Shown here: one piece after another, positions 26,259 to 40,639 of the stretch
Position numbering within the stretch: the first letter of the stretch is position 1
How the letters are laid out: each line of letters opens with the position of its first letter
Assembly (NCBI GenBank): GCA_951406725.2
Contig: OX597818.1
Span: 102,548,001 to 102,612,000, forward strand
Origin: Octopus vulgaris
Taxonomy: Eukaryota
Reading direction: 5' to 3'
DNA length: 64,000 nt
Position numbers and translations under genes: made by a program
The notes under the pieces: model-generated
What the model saw: only the letters and a program-made list of their open reading frames with translations
Told to the model about the DNA's origin: nothing
Database searches by the model: none

Positions 26259-26605
26259 CTGAAGTGAATGGCTACAGTAACACATGCCACTTATGTAAGG
26301 ATTTGCGGCTGTTCTTTCCGGGTTACAGATACACTTCACATTCATTGCAATCAACATCCACTGTAAATTATAATTGTTACAATGTATTTGACGCATTTAT
26401 TTCGTTTATATTATTTCAGACGTATTTCATTTAGAATTTCAGATTAATATTTAGCACATAAATAATATCCTGGGAAGTTTTTGCGATGTACAAGTAAAGC
26501 ACTTTTCGAATTATTTACTGCTTCAAGAGGCAAAATTAGCAAAATGAGGAATCAGTTGTTTCCCTGTCTTTCCATCCTTCACAGTTGTTTATCCATCCCT
26601 ACGTG

Positions 26606-26785
26606 AAGGCGGCGAGTTGGCAGAAAGTCTGTCTTTACATTCTGTGTTCAAATTCCGCCGGGGTCAACTTTGCTTTTCATCCTTTCTGGGTCGATAAATT
26701 AAGTAACAGTTGCGCATTGGGGTTGATCTAATCGATTGGCTCCGTCCCCAAAAATTTCAAGTCTTGTGTCTTGAGTAGAAAAAAA
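26606..26785 (+). mobile_element. Nin-type SINE with head deletion
   Basis: Nin core gcttttcatcctttctgggtcgataaattaagta; ~16-bp TSD 26590-26605/26786-26801. Confidence 0.85.
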
Positions 26786-26801
26786 TATCCATTCCCACGT
26801 G

Positions 26802-27950
26802 CCCGAGTGTTAAACCAGCGAAGAAAACAGTACAATCATGCGGTGCTACGTAGAAAGTGAACCTAAAAGAAGGGGCTATAGAAAACGGATGTTAACACTT
26901 TTGGTAGAGAAGCGTATGTGTAAAATGATTGAGCAGAGATTAGTGAATCAAGCTACTGCTATTAGGAAAAGAAAGTGGATGTCAGAACTGGAGGTAGAAG
27001 AGATCAGAAGACAACTGGAAAAGAAACACCACGCAGTCGGAAAAACAAGCAACAGCATAAGCGATAGTGCTCAAACCAAAGAAGGACCTAAAGCAAAACA
27101 TAATAATAGCGCTACCTATAATGAAGGGACAACTGGCAGTGAGGCAGATGAGAAGATTTTAGACGTGTTGCCGGAAATAATGAGCAAAAGAAGTAAGAAA
27201 TAGATTGCTACCATTAAAAGACATGAACATAAGAAAGAACCAAGAAATGACTAGGAAGGTATATTCTATTATCAGCAAGATACACACTAAATATATAGAA
27301 GGCACTAACTTATTGATCTAGGCAGTAATCACCGCAACATTTGATATCTCATAGAGAAAGATTTAAAAACAGCAAATGTGGAAAAGGAGACAACAAATTA
27401 AAGAGAAGACTTTAAGACAAGATCTGAGTAGAATAGAAACCTGGAAAACAAACAATTTAGGAAGCACAAGATGCAAATCTTGCCTCGAGGAAAGATACTT
27501 AGTCAAAAGGAAAGGGTTTGGGACAATAATATAAGAGTTAAAACAGCGTATCATAGCAGTAGCAGGTAACCTCTCCAGATATCAGAAAAGAATAGATAAG
27601 TATCAATAGAATAGATTATTTGAGAAAATCCCAAGGAGATTTGATAACCAATTTAAATAGTGGAGAACAGTGAAGATGAGAAACCTAATGCAGAGGAAGC
27701 TAGTAAGATCTGGGGTAATATGTGGGATAAACCACTTAATCATAATGGAGATGCAATATGGTTAAAGAAAGTGAGGGAAGAAGTAGCGAGTGAGAAGCAG
27801 CCATATTTACAATTAACTATTACATTAATGAGTAAAGTGTTAGGAAAAGTGCCGAATTGGAAGGACCAGATTTAGTTCAAGGCCACTGGCTAAATGAATT
27901 CAGTAGGGAAAAACTTCAGAATTGCCATACAAGACGGATAATACCAGTTG
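26802..27950 (+). mobile_element. R4/Dong-clade non-LTR retrotransposon, decayed N-terminal half
   Basis: MRCYVESEPKRRGYRKRM..EQRLVNQATAIRKRKWMSELEVEEI; WKRR..LRQDLSRI; LKQRIIAVAGNLSRYQKRI; PNAEEASKIWGNMWD..HNGDAIWL; VPNWK. Confidence 0.85.
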
Positions 27951-27989
27951 GAGATATTCGTTCGCAATTCTAACGTGCATAAGTAGTAG

Positions 27990-28590
27990 TTAAGCTACTG
28001 ACAGTTTCCGGAACCTTTCGCTAAACATGGGCGTATCGAACGTAAGGTGATGATGATTCTCTGCATCTTTTTCAATTATGAGGTGGTAATTCACTATGAA
28101 TTCGTTGTGAACGGTTGTACCATAGATCCAACCTTTACTCCGAAGACCTAAGGTGACTGCATCCCATTGCACGTTACAAATATCCGCTAATGTTCACCGG
28201 AAAGCGATATCTTCCACAGCATGCATCGCCAGCCTTCATTCAACTTGAATGTCCCGTAATATCCTCCAGGAACTGCAGACAATCGAACTGATGACACACG
28301 CAGCATATAGCCCGCATCTGGCGCCCTCGGTGTATTAATTGTTCCGATCTTTGGCTGACGTCACTGCGCTCATGATGCTTCATCAACCAAGTGGTGGTGG
28401 AAGCTTCATTGAGAAAGTTCTTTATCTCGAAGAAGATCTGTTATCAACATGGGATCGAAGAACTGGCAGAAAGGTGGCTTCGGACAGTGCAACATTATGG
28501 TCTCTACTTTGAAAGCAAGGCTTCTTTTGTAGTAATTTGAAGAATACATTACCAGAATATAGGAAAACCTTCGAGTCAACACTGTGTTTA
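27990..28590 (+). mobile_element. Decayed mariner transposase C-terminal part
   Basis: KVMMILC..VIHYEF..TID; IELMTHAAYSPHLAPSVY*LFRSL. Confidence 0.75.
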
Positions 28591-29007
28591 AAATCACAAC
28601 ATAACTTACAGTTTAAATGAACATAGCTGTAACTTTATAGTCATACACAAATCAGTGTATAGAAAATAATACACCTCCACTTATATACAGATATGTATTG
28701 TAGTATATGAAATGGGACTTAGGATACCTCATGTCATACTGGCAAACTAAATGTCAGCTCATGTTCACTTATATCACTTGATGGAAATTCACTTTATTCT
28801 AATATGATTGATACAACTCTTCCGAAATTAGAAATGAATTACATACATGGAAATGTAGCTTCATATTAGATATATACGGGTAGAAGATTGCATGCATATC
28901 CGTGATATAAGCTGCACAATTATTGCTTAATCATATTTATATTAGAATAATTCACCAATGATCGAGACAAATGATTACGAGAACTGCAAATATCTATCAC
29001 ACAATTG

Positions 29008-29009
<2 letters not shown>

Positions 29010-29082
<73 letters not shown>

Positions 29083-29132
29083 GTGTGTGTATGTATATAG
29101 TATATATATACATACAATGACACACACACACA

Positions 29133-29174
<42 letters not shown>

Positions 29175-29310
29175 CATAGAGAGAGCAGATGCAGAGAGAG
29201 ACAGATAAATATATTAATATAAATACATACACGCATACACCCTAACAACTAGCTCACACATATGCGCACGCGCGTGTGTGCGTGTGTGTTTGTGAGGGTG
29301 TGTGTGTGTA
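29010..29310. repeat. Compound TA/CA/GA microsatellite
   Basis: Direct reading. Confidence 0.95.
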
Positions 29311-29685
29311 CATCCGCTACATTATAAAATATCTGTGAACGGCAAATTGAAATTTTTCTAAATACTCAATTTGCCTTTCATACTTCCACTCACTTTGGTA
29401 ACATTTTGTACATAATTTCATTACAGGAAATTCTGTTACAAAAAGTATTCATTAGTGATTTGCTAAATGTATATTTAATATTGTACTAAATCTAATATCA
29501 ACTCTTAATGAGTATGTTTAGTAAGTCGTTAAAATATTATATAATTTAATATATGATTACGTAATTATATGATGCATTGTGAATATAATTTTGTTAAACT
29601 ACATTGTTACCATTTAAAGCTGTATCATTGTATATCTATATCCATCACTATTTATTTGAATGCAATACGCTTGCACAGCTTATAT

Positions 29686-29737
<52 letters not shown>

Positions 29738-30589
29738 ATACGGGCACATAGAGAGACTAACAAACAAATATAAACATTCATACACACAATACATTTCACA
29801 TTAACGTAAGACATTTTCTTGATCTATGACTTATTCAAAGTATAGAATGCAGGATTCGCCATTTGTTTTAAACGTTGCATGTTTTATAAAGAGGAGTTCA
29901 GCAAAATTAGCTTAAATGTGAGGGCTTAAAATTGGAGAAGATCTAATATTAATTACGAAAGAAGCGTTCCACATTTGGTTTTAGAATTTAAAATGGAGAT
30001 GTGCGGTTAATGGGATCGACGCAGAGGAAATTTTGAAGGTACAAACGGCAAAACAGGTATTCGACAAACTTAGTAGATTACGACGACGACGCATATCTTC
30101 ACATAGCAATCCTGTATGTACACATAAATCTGAGCATCTATTATATACTCACGTAATAATCCATGCAATCGGTTTATGGTGAATGGTATGAAGCTACATA
30201 ATTTAAGTCTTTTACTTGTAAATCGCATCTAAATTCCCATAGCACCCAACCGTTATAGTTTTTACAGTGACAGGAAACATGGTCGCTATATAAGGAGTAG
30301 GTTTACGCTATTGATTGGGAAAAGAAGTTGGGGATGTCTTCTCAGATGGATGGTCAAAGAAACTGTAAAACAATGGACGGGAGACTCCGTCACTTTTTTT
30401 CTCAACTTAACAGTATAGGAATAAAATGTATACAGTCTTATTCTTGTTTAAATCATAATTTGGTTATATATTATGCAAATATATTTCATTTGTGATTTAC
30501 TCAGGTTGTGTGCATAAATACATTTACCTACTATACACACACATGCGCATGCATACACGCACACTGTATATGTATGTATCAATAATATA

Positions 30590-30616
30590 CATAAATATAT
30601 AAATATATATATATAC

Positions 30617-30675
<59 letters not shown>

Positions 30676-30792
30676 TCTCTCGAAGTTTAGGTATTACCAT
30701 CACGCACACATACATTTATAAATATGTATGCACATATGCAAATGTATGCATGTATGTATGAATGTGTGCATGTATGTATGCATGTGTCTATG

Positions 30793-30835
<43 letters not shown>
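30590..30835. repeat. (TA)n/(TATG)n microsatellites
   Basis: Direct reading. Confidence 0.9.
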
Positions 30836-30837
<2 letters not shown>

Positions 30838-30849
30838 CATCATTTTATT

Positions 30850-31700
30850 TTACAAATGTTGTCTGTGATATCTGTAAAAATATTGTTCAACTTTTTTACA
30901 TTAAACTTTTTGCTGTATTTCTTTGTAATATATGAGACTATGTCTTCAGCGTTGATATGTTGCCGGATTATTTTTAAGGTTATTGTTATTGCGATTTCTT
31001 ATTATCATATATAGTCGTCTGACATATTTTCAGAATGTTATTGGACAACGTTACATGTTTTGATTCTTTTACTTTACTTCTGTTTTTTTTGAAAATTCTT
31101 CCTCCTAAAATTTTATTCCAGAATAGTATGCTATTTCTTTAAATATCCTTGTCTACATATTTATTTCTTGTTGATTTGTTTTCTTTTTTTTTTAATTTGA
31201 AATCATGTGATTATATCACAATTGTCATTTCTTTTTGTTCTTTGGGATATTTGTAGCTATGGTCTGAATATCTTTTTTGTTACTTCAACGTTATTTTTAC
31301 TTTTTACGCAAAGAAAAATTTCTTGTTGTCTAATATTTGAGTGTTTGTCATTTCGATTTAATATGGTTAATGTAGGTTACGTCAACTTGCATTAGACTAA
31401 CTTCATATCATGTTTTTCACGGATCTGGTTTGTCTTTGTCACGATACAGTGGAGGCGTTATATACTTAAGTAATGTCATATTTTAGTTTCATGATTGAGT
31501 CTGTTAAATAATTATATATTTTCTTTTGGTTTTGCTATACGTATTTCATAACTGTACACTCTAATGATATTTTCGTTACGTATTATTTTCAATGGATGTC
31601 ATCTCTTTTGCTTTTTTTGTAAGATTTTGCATTCTATTATATTTGCGTTTATTCTTTACATTTATCTACATTGCTATATATACAGTATTCTTTTTCATTT
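30850..31700 (-). mobile_element. Possible ancient R4-type LINE remnant
   Basis: Strong T skew; minus-strand traces resemble the LKQK..A..I.RY..QN.MF region seen at ~27540. Confidence 0.3.
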
Positions 31701-33199
31701 TCTACAAACGCATTTCTACTGAAAAAATTACAAACGATTATGAACCCATCTTATACTGAGGCAAAATTCCTCTATGAGGTTATTATTCGTAAGATAATAT
31801 ATTTGATGCAAATCACATTTAATAATGTCTTTATCATATGTTTGTGAAAAATGTAATTTATTAGTTATATGTAGTCATGTTTTATATTAATGTATTAGTG
31901 TTATAGTTATTAATATTTCGTATTTACAAATTATTTAAATTAATTTTTTGTAACGTATGAATTGAGTATTGGAGTGTGTGGTTGTTGCTATTTGAACTTA
32001 TTACATACGTAAGGGTTTCCGCAAGATAAGATATTTGGTTATGTCTTAACATATATATGAGGTTCTTCGTAAGATATGATATTTGGTGAAAAACGTGATT
32101 TAGCCGTTAATTGTAGGAGTTTGAGTTAGAACATAGCGGCATCTACATTTTTCTTCTTCCCAAAGATGGAAGCATATATTATTGTAGGCGCTTACAATTG
32201 CTAAGTACCTACTTTAAAACAGCATAATTTGAAATAGTTTCCTTAGTCTTAAACTTGATTAATTGTGGTTAGATATTTCAGGTCGTTAATTTTGAAATCA
32301 ATTGGAATTATCATACCAGTTGTGCAGGGATACTATCTTTAATACACACGATTAGAGTTTATCGATTAATATGTTCTGGTATGTCTAATCTAGCGTTTGC
32401 ATTTCAAAGAAAATCCACAGGCATTGACTGTACAGCTACAAGCGCATGTAAGCAAATCCAAGTTGATGCAGAGATTTGAATATTCAATGACGTTCCTGAC
32501 GAGATTACATAAAGATTTTAGAACAAATTATTGAATATTTATTAAATTTTATGTCATTCTTTGATTATTTCAATGCGATATTCCGCAGAATCGGCACATA
32601 TTCAAACATATATAATTGCGAAATTTTTAAATAATTATAACTTCTGCAAATAACAGTTTTGTTCTACAATTCAATCTCTCGAGCCGAGAAATTAAACGAA
32701 CATATCCATTGTTTGAACGTCAAAAATGCAAATTAATTTTCTGATGGATGAAACGGCGGTTGATGATTTGAGCGTGCATATTTTAATGGAAGTGTGAAAG
32801 TGTTGAATTGAACGCTTGTTTTATTGTTATGAAGATTTTAAAATATTCACTCTGCAGCAAAGTTTATTACATAACGAAATCTACATATTACGATATAACT
32901 ATACTCAGATTAACTTTACTAAGAAAATACAACCCATACTCAAATTCTTAATAAGATGTGCCAAATAATTCGTGTACGATTTTGTACGGTCAGTGGTTAA
33001 AGCTAGGTTATCACATTTTATCTTAGTCGAAACTATGCTTGAATGATGACTAACATTTATATGTAGGAAACAGCACGAATGGCTTCCATAGATTTGAACA
33101 CCAGGAAAATTAGACGACATTAAAATACATGATAAAAACAGCCAATGGAGGATAAACTCAGACACAAACATATATATACGCGTGCCTTCATGCCCATTT

Positions 33200-33352
33200 G
33201 GGTGTGTGGTAAGAAGCTTGCTTCCCATCCACATGGTTCTGGATTCAGTCACATTGTGTGGCACCTTGGGCAAGAATTTTCTGCCATAGCCTCGGGACAA
33301 CCAATGAGTAGTGACTGGGTTTGGTAGACATAAACTGAAAGACGCTTGTCAT
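33200..33352 (+). mobile_element. SINE family A, 5' half, diverged
   Basis: gtgtggtaagaagcttgcttccca...caccttgggcaag...tttggtagac. Confidence 0.8.
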
Positions 33353-33394
33353 ATATATATGGGAGCGGGTGAGTCAGTTGCATATCCTAAATAC

Positions 33395-33713
33395 ATCGCT
33401 GGTACGTAATTTTATCAACCGCAAGAGGATGAAAGGCAAAAATAGCTTTGGCAGAATTGGAACTCCTATCTTTTCTACTCTAGCCACAAGGCCCGAAGTT
33501 CATTGGGGAAGGGGCCAATCGATTTGATCGACCCTAATTCGCAACTGATACTTAAATTATCGACGTATATAGACGAAATACTACTAAACATTTCGCCCGA
33601 CGTGCTAACGTTTCTGCCAGCTCACTGCATTAATTTGAACTCATATCGTAAAGATGGATGAAATGCCGCTAAGAATTTTGCCGAGCGTGCTAACGATTGT
33701 GCCAGGTCGCTAT
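33395..33713 (-). mobile_element. Cluster of nested Nin-type SINE pieces
   Basis: ggatgaaaggcaaa; two heads gtgctaacg..tgccag at ~33600 and ~33690. Confidence 0.75.
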
Positions 33714-34319
33714 CTTGCGCTAACAAAAATAATTTACCACTAATGTTCACCTTTCAAATGGGGAAATGGATTGTGTTCTTACTCGTCCAGCACCTGAAGT
33801 ACGAAGGGTGTTGTACCCGTGGCTAAATGTGATGGAGTTCCGTAGTTCTTCCTCCTTAATGGCTTAAGGGATCAGAGAATATGAATGATATTTACATATT
33901 TTATAACACGATGGAGCCGATGCAGAGAGAGAATGAGATAGATAAATAGATAGAGAGACAGACTGATAGACAAACAAAGGGAGAGAGATGGAGGGAAGTG
34001 ATGTAAAGGTTTTATATGTACCCTAGTTACCCTAGGTTTCCCATATAGAAAAGACCAGAGTTGAACTTCGAAGATGTCATACAAAACTGCATGCTAAAGT
34101 TTTGAAATGATAGAGTTGGACTGATATGAAATTTGCTATAGTAAAATATACAAAAGAGATGAAAAGAAAAAAAAAGACAACAGATAAAGGGAGAATGTTT
34201 ATAAATATAATGTTATATAAAGAAATATAGATAAGAGAAATAGGCCAAACACAGACATACAAATATTGAGGAATTAATGAACTATACAGAACAAAGCACA
34301 CATGAATGAATGAATAGGT

Positions 34320-34767
34320 TACAAAGCAAAATTATTATAGACGTATTAGATTAATACTTAAAGCAGAAAGAAATGTAAAAAATAAAACAGTAATATGTAT
34401 CAATATACTCGCTGTTCTAGCAATAAACTCTAGGTATAATATTGCCTAATATAATAATAACTGGATGCTGAATGATTTAGCAAGACTAGACAGGAAAACA
34501 AGAAAAATAATGTCTGTATTTAGGATACAACTCCAAAAAGCCGACTCGAAAAAAATATCATATTTACTATTAATATGAATACAGATAAAGACTATTGCAA
34601 CGAGTGTATTATTATAACATATCTACTGTAGAGCTACAACAATATCCAGTATAGAATAATGAAAGCCAATATAAATAACGGCAAAACAGGTAGAAAAAAT
34701 AAGTAAACATGTTTTCTCTCTCTTCAATGCATAGCAAAAATATAAAGCAGAGTTTGGTGTAACAGAA

Positions 34768-34770
<3 letters not shown>
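34320..34770 (+). mobile_element. Decayed R4/Dong-type RT C-terminal region
   Basis: ILKAERNVKNKT..INILAV and LDRKTRKIMS....KAD resemble R4-clade ILKSELN.KNK..AIN and LDRKTRK.MT..HPKAD. Confidence 0.6.
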
Positions 34771-34852
<82 letters not shown>

Positions 34853-35145
34853 GGTATATCTATGTGTGTGAGAGCTGACGAAACAACAATAGAATATATT
34901 CACAAGTAAAGCTAAAAAAGCTTCTGGTTGACAAAATGTAGTGCTAACTTTGACAGAAAGGTACATTGTTGTCCATTTCCTAACAACATGGAGTAGACCA
35001 GTAGTACACAACGTATCGACTGCAGTTTTCGTTGGGAAATGCAGTAACTAATTTGCAAGCAAGAATATGTTGTAGTCGTAGTTGTCATCGCTGCCATTGT
35101 GTTCCCTAGCAATATTTTTCATACGCGATAAAACGCCTTCAAAAT

Positions 35146-35362
35146 ACTGGTTTCAAATTTTGACACAAGACGAGAAATTTTAGGGCAGGGGCTAAGTCAA
35201 TTAAAACGACGCCCAGTACTCGACTGATATATATTTTGTAGACATCAAAAGGAGGAACGGCAAATTCAAACATGGCGTAATTTTAACTTAGAATATAAAG
35301 ACGGTAGAAAAGCAGCCAAGCATTTTGCCTAGTGTGCTAACGATTCTGCCAGCTCGAAGCTT
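35146..35362 (-). mobile_element. Decayed Nin-type SINE
   Basis: caagcattttgcctagtgtgctaacgattctgccagctcg head. Confidence 0.7.
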
Positions 35363-35448
35363 TAACGTGTTCAAAATATATTACTGCAAAATTAGTGACT
35401 CTATCAGCTGGCGCGGAAATAATTGACAGACGATACTGCCAGACCTTT

Positions 35449-35867
35449 GAAGGTGGCGAGCTGGCAGAAACGTTATCACGCTGGGCGCAATGCTTTGCAG
35501 TATTTCACCTGCCGCTGCGTTCTGAGTTCAAATTCCGCCGAGGTCGACTTTGCCTTTCATCCTTTCGGCGTCGATTAAATAAGTACCAGTTACGCACTTG
35601 GGTCGATATAATCGACTTAATCCGTTTGTCTGTCCTTGCTTGTCCCCTCGGTGTTTAGCCCCTTATGGGTAGTAAAGAAATATGTATTTCGTCTGCCGCT
35701 GCGTTCTGAGTTCAAATTTCACCGAGGTCGACTTTCCCTTTCGTCTTTTCGGGGTCGATAAATTAAGTAACAGTCACGCACTGGAGTCGATGTAATCGAC
35801 TTGATCCGTTTGTCTGTCCTTGTTTGTCCCCTCTGTGTTTAGCCTCTTGTGGGTAGTAAAGAAATAT
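35449..35867 (+). mobile_element. Dimeric Nin-type SINE
   Basis: Full monomer then headless second monomer from ~35684; TSD 35433-35446/35868-35881. Confidence 0.9.
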
Positions 35868-36667
35868 ATACCGCCGGACCTATACAGTTCATCTAAAACT
35901 GAGAACGCAACCTACACGTAGCAACAGCCAGATTTGCTACTCATCGCATTTATACACCCCTAAACCACAATAGAATGTGATAATTGACACTGCATCGGAT
36001 TTTTGGACGTCTTCCCTCTCTTACAGTACTTTTCCCGCTATCTATCGACACAATCATACTTCAATGTCATGCTCTCCCAGTACAAAGTTGATAGAGTTCA
36101 TTTTTTAGTGTTATTATTTGAGGTGCTGCTCTTGATGGTGTTATATTTTGTTGTTACATTTATTTTCTTTTGTTGTTACATTTAACGTTCTTTATGACTC
36201 TTGTTTCAGTTTGCTTTTCTCGCAATATGCTTTTAAATTCGTTTCCCATTATCATTTTGGTTTTTCCTTGTTCTTAATATTGTTATGGACGTATTTATGA
36301 TAGTTTCTGCTTTGTTCGTTTTTCCTTTGGAATCTAAACTATCTTTACATTCATCCAATTACAATGTTCCGATTGTCATCGTATCTTCCTGTTAGTCCGT
36401 CTGGTGATATTTTATGATGCTCACATATTCCTTTCATTCCCTTCGCCATTTACGAGAAATAATAGGAGGAATTTAATTATGGGGCATGAATGCATGTCTG
36501 TTTGTATCATTTTTGTTCGAGAGGATACTCCTAAAAATCATATTGACAGTATAATGTTATGTGTCTCTTTCAATTCCTTGATGTTGGGTTTGATTTCTAC
36601 TGCTACTACTGTTGATGTTACAGTTGCTTTCAGTTTACTCTCAGATTTGGTGTTCATAGCGAAGCAG

Positions 36668-37084
36668 GCTTATTTCTTTATTGCCCACAAGGGGCTAAAC
36701 ATAGAGGGTAAACACAAGGACAGACGAACATTAAGTCGATTAGATTGACCCCAGTGCGTAACTGGTGCTTAATTTATCGACCCCGAAAGGATGAAAGTCA
36801 AAGTTAACCTCAGCGGAGTTTGAACTCAGAAAGTAACAGCAGGCGAAATACCTAGTTCTTTACTACCCACAGGGGGCTAAATACAGAAGGGACAAACAAG
36901 GACAGACAAACAGATTAAGTCGATTATATCGACCCCAGTGTGTAACTGGTACTAATTTAATCGACGCCGAAAGGATGAAAAGCAAAGTCGACCTTGGCGG
37001 AATCTGAACTCAGAACGTAGCGGCAGGTGAAATACCGCTAAGCATTTCGCCCGGCGTGCTAACGTTTCTGCCAGCTCGTCGCCT
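36668..37084 (-). mobile_element. Dimeric Nin-type SINE
   Basis: Same dimer layout reversed; exact TSD ttcatagcgaagcag 36653-36667/37085-37099. Confidence 0.9.
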
Positions 37085-37206
37085 TTCATAGCGAAGCAGT
37101 CTACACATTTTTTTTACCTGAGTATAGCAAGTCATCTTGCTGGAGGTGTCATCAAGTTTTCATGTTTACTGTAGTAGGATATTCTGTCGTATTGGTCTTT
37201 CTATTA

Positions 37207-37513
37207 GGGACATATGGCCTAATGGTTAGAGCAGCGGACTCGCGGTCGAGGGATCATGGGTTCGAATCTTCGATTGGGTGATGTTTGTGCTTATGAGCGA
37301 AACACTTAAGCTCCACGCGGCTCCGGCAGAAGGTAATGGCGAACTTCTGCTGATCCTTTCGCCACAAACTTCTCTCACTCTTTCGTCCTGCATCTACCAG
37401 CTCTCCTGCGACGGACCGTGTCCCGTCAGGTGGGGACCCTATATGCTAGTGAAACCCGGGAAACAGGCCCTTATGAGTTAAGCATGACACGAGAAGGAAC
37501 AAACAACAACAAC
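37207..37513 (+). mobile_element. SINE family B (tail type 1, (AAC)n end)
   Basis: tggcctaatgg A-box, ggttcgaatc B-box, aacacttaagctccacg..ctccggcag body. Confidence 0.85.
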
Positions 37514-38957
37514 ATTGGCGTTTCCATATTTTAGGGTCCTTCATTTTATTCTTGTCATATTTCTGAGAGCATGACTTAGGTCTCACAAATAAATACTTTC
37601 TATTTCTGACAGAACTTCGTCATTTTTGAGAAGCAGTGTGGTATTTAGAACAGTACGTTTCTTGTAAGCAATACTGTTATGCTTATATAACTTTACATCA
37701 AAGTATTAAGCTGTGGTTACGACAGCAAAGCTTTTGATTCTGCTGAGAATGGGCTAATGATGGCGCCGATGCAGTTTAGGTTTTTACTCTGGTAACGTCT
37801 TTGTCAGTTATAAAGTTTGTACTGTCGTCGACGAAAGCTTGGAACATTTTTTAAAAAATTATATTTGTTATGCCCCAGTAAATTTCGATTCCAATGGCAT
37901 TTAATATAAGAATTCTAAACATTCTAACGTTCTAAACATTTCGCCGCGACTGTATTTATGTAGATGTTTTCCCGCAGATAAATTCACGTTGTGGTTGTTA
38001 TTTTATGTACTCGTAGCATTGAGTAAACTCTTCTGAGTTAATGGTCCTTGTGGTATTCTGTGCGGTATTCCATGCACTAAAACAGGTGGCAGTAGTGTTG
38101 CTCTTATTATCACTGCTTGTTATGTGCATGCAGTTGCAGTTGTTGACGATGCTCTTGATATTCATAGCTATATCTATTTTACTGTTTATTCCTATTAACA
38201 TGTTTGCTTTCGGCAATGTTATAGCCGCAAAATATCTCAAGAATAATATTCTGAGAAATTTCCATTTCTATAATTTCTTCTACACAAACAACAAAAAATG
38301 TCCATATTCAACAGGCCTCTCACCCACCCTCACTGCTTTTTTTCTTCTTAAACCTCATCCTGGTTGTTGACATCTTTATAACGATTCTTAAAATAAAACT
38401 AAGGTGTAATGTAACAGTGTTTTACCTAATAAAGCAAACGCCGATATTTTGAAGTAAACATCTTTGTGAGTATTTTGTGAAAAGCATTCCACGTAAAAAG
38501 AAAATATTTGTATCTAAGGAAAAACAACTCTTTCATTTCCCATATGGTCATTGATTACAGCTTGTGTTACTCGAACAGTGATAATAATTATATTATTAAC
38601 GGTTTATATTTTGAGCACAAGGCCAACAATTATATTAGGAGCAGATTAATCAAGGCAAAGCAAAATTATTGCTCAGTATTTTTTTCCGATAGTCAATCGT
38701 CTCTGTCAAATCGATGATGATAATTATGACAAGCTAAAATGGAAGAATGGCGATCATTTCAAGATTAATTATGATAATGTAATTTTAATCTAATTCGGTA
38801 CATCACTGGAACTTTCACTAACCAATATGTAAGATCGGCTGAGTTTCGAAATGATATTATGTACAATATGATACAGAATACAGGATCAAATATAATCTCT
38901 CTTTAAGAGACACGTGTGTAACATAATATTTCATTCTGTAAAATCTTAAATAGCTAT

Positions 38958-39305
38958 ATCACCTTGATCACCTTGACCGACCAGTCCATTGGAGGTCCAT
39001 TTGACACCGCTGGTCGCCGCGCGCTATCCACTCCTCTCTGGATCGCGTCTTTCTCATCCACGTGATCCCAATCAACCCCCTAAAATCGTACCTCCACCGC
39101 CGTAGAAGCCTTCCAAGTGATCGTTCCGCTCGCGCTGGTACCACTCGACGACTGTGCGAGTCCACCGATTATCGGCGAGCCGGGCGACGCGTCCAGCCCA
39201 TCTGAACTTGCTGCGTGTATATTCTACGATGACATCACTCTCGCCGGACTTCTCTCTGATGACCTCGCTCCTGATGTGCTCTCTTTTTCGGAATCTCGTT
39301 GAGAA
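38958..39305 (-). mobile_element. RTE-clade LINE 3' end
   Basis: RSLGRLLRRWRYDFRGLIGITWMRKTRSREEW resembles the RTE C-terminal GRP..RW.DD..W.R.A..R..W; tail ggtcggtcaaggtgatcaaggtgat. Confidence 0.8.
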
Positions 39306-40639
39306 ATAATTATATATATATATGTGGATATTTTGTAAAATTCAGTTGCTTCAGGTGTGTCACAGATTTCCTATAATTATAGGAAAATAGAACACTAAAA
39401 CAATGACAAACTGTAAAATGTAACGGAGAATGTTAACATAGCATGCGTCTGCGCAATTAGCTAGAAATATGAAAAAAAAAAATGAACGCAAAATAATTTT
39501 CAGGATATATGCGAGGACCACTCACTGTCGACTGACATTTTAGTAGTTATTGTTGAAAGTTTGGATATTGTTAGATATTATACATTTGATATATACGGAA
39601 ACATTCGGCAGAAGTGTAGAATTAAATCAATATATGTCTCTATACTTATATATCATTTCCTATGCTTATACAGCCATTCGTAAATATATGCCTCAATGAA
39701 AGCTAATCAAAACGGTCGTATTTTTGTTTTCCGTTATTTTTGTTATGTAAATTCTTCCGGAATTGCGCAAAGATTTATAGTTGTTTATTTCTTTTATATT
39801 TTTTTTTATTTTTTTGTCTGCGGTACGTTTTTTTTTTTTTATATTTCATAGAAAATCTCAAAATATTATATTCGAGCGATGTTATATTTTGTAATTACTT
39901 TTATTTTCTATTTTAAAAATAAATCTTTAAAAAAATGGCCAGTCAAATTCTAGCTTTGTTTCCTGTTGTACGTAATCTACTTACTCATGTAAATATATTG
40001 TCTATTTCCTTAAAAATAGACACAAGCAAAAATATTAAAAAAACACTTATTTATGTAATAATGCATATAGAAAATGTCTGAAAATATCTCTTAGTCATCA
40101 TGAATTATAAAAGAGCATGAAGTGTTTTAATGCAATAGGTTAGATTTATGATAAATCTGTCCGCGAACACTAAGACTTATCTAATTTATCTTAATTTATG
40201 CTGATAATGGAAAACAGAAGGATACCTTGGTAGCCCATGCATAATTATTCTTCAGGCAAGACGAGACATTGCTTATTTGTATCATTCTTGTTTTGTTTTT
40301 GTTTTTTCCAAATTATTAAAATTGTTCAAGTTTTACAATTATACGTTGGTTTTCAGTTTCTATACATTTTCTACCTTTTCACCTCGGCAAACGTCATCTA
40401 ATAGACAACAGTGTCTGCTACAATACTGATGCCGTTGATAACAGTTTTTGTCAAACTGCAATGTTACAAGACTTGAAGTGACACGCAGAGACTTCCAATC
40501 CTACGCATGTAGAAATAAACGTCAAATTTTTCTTTTTTTGATTTTATTGTTGCCTTAGTGTCATTTGAATTTCGTAAAAGACGAATAGCTCATCGAAGAA
40601 AAAGTAAATTCGGAAAAATAATTATGACAATAGTTGTAT

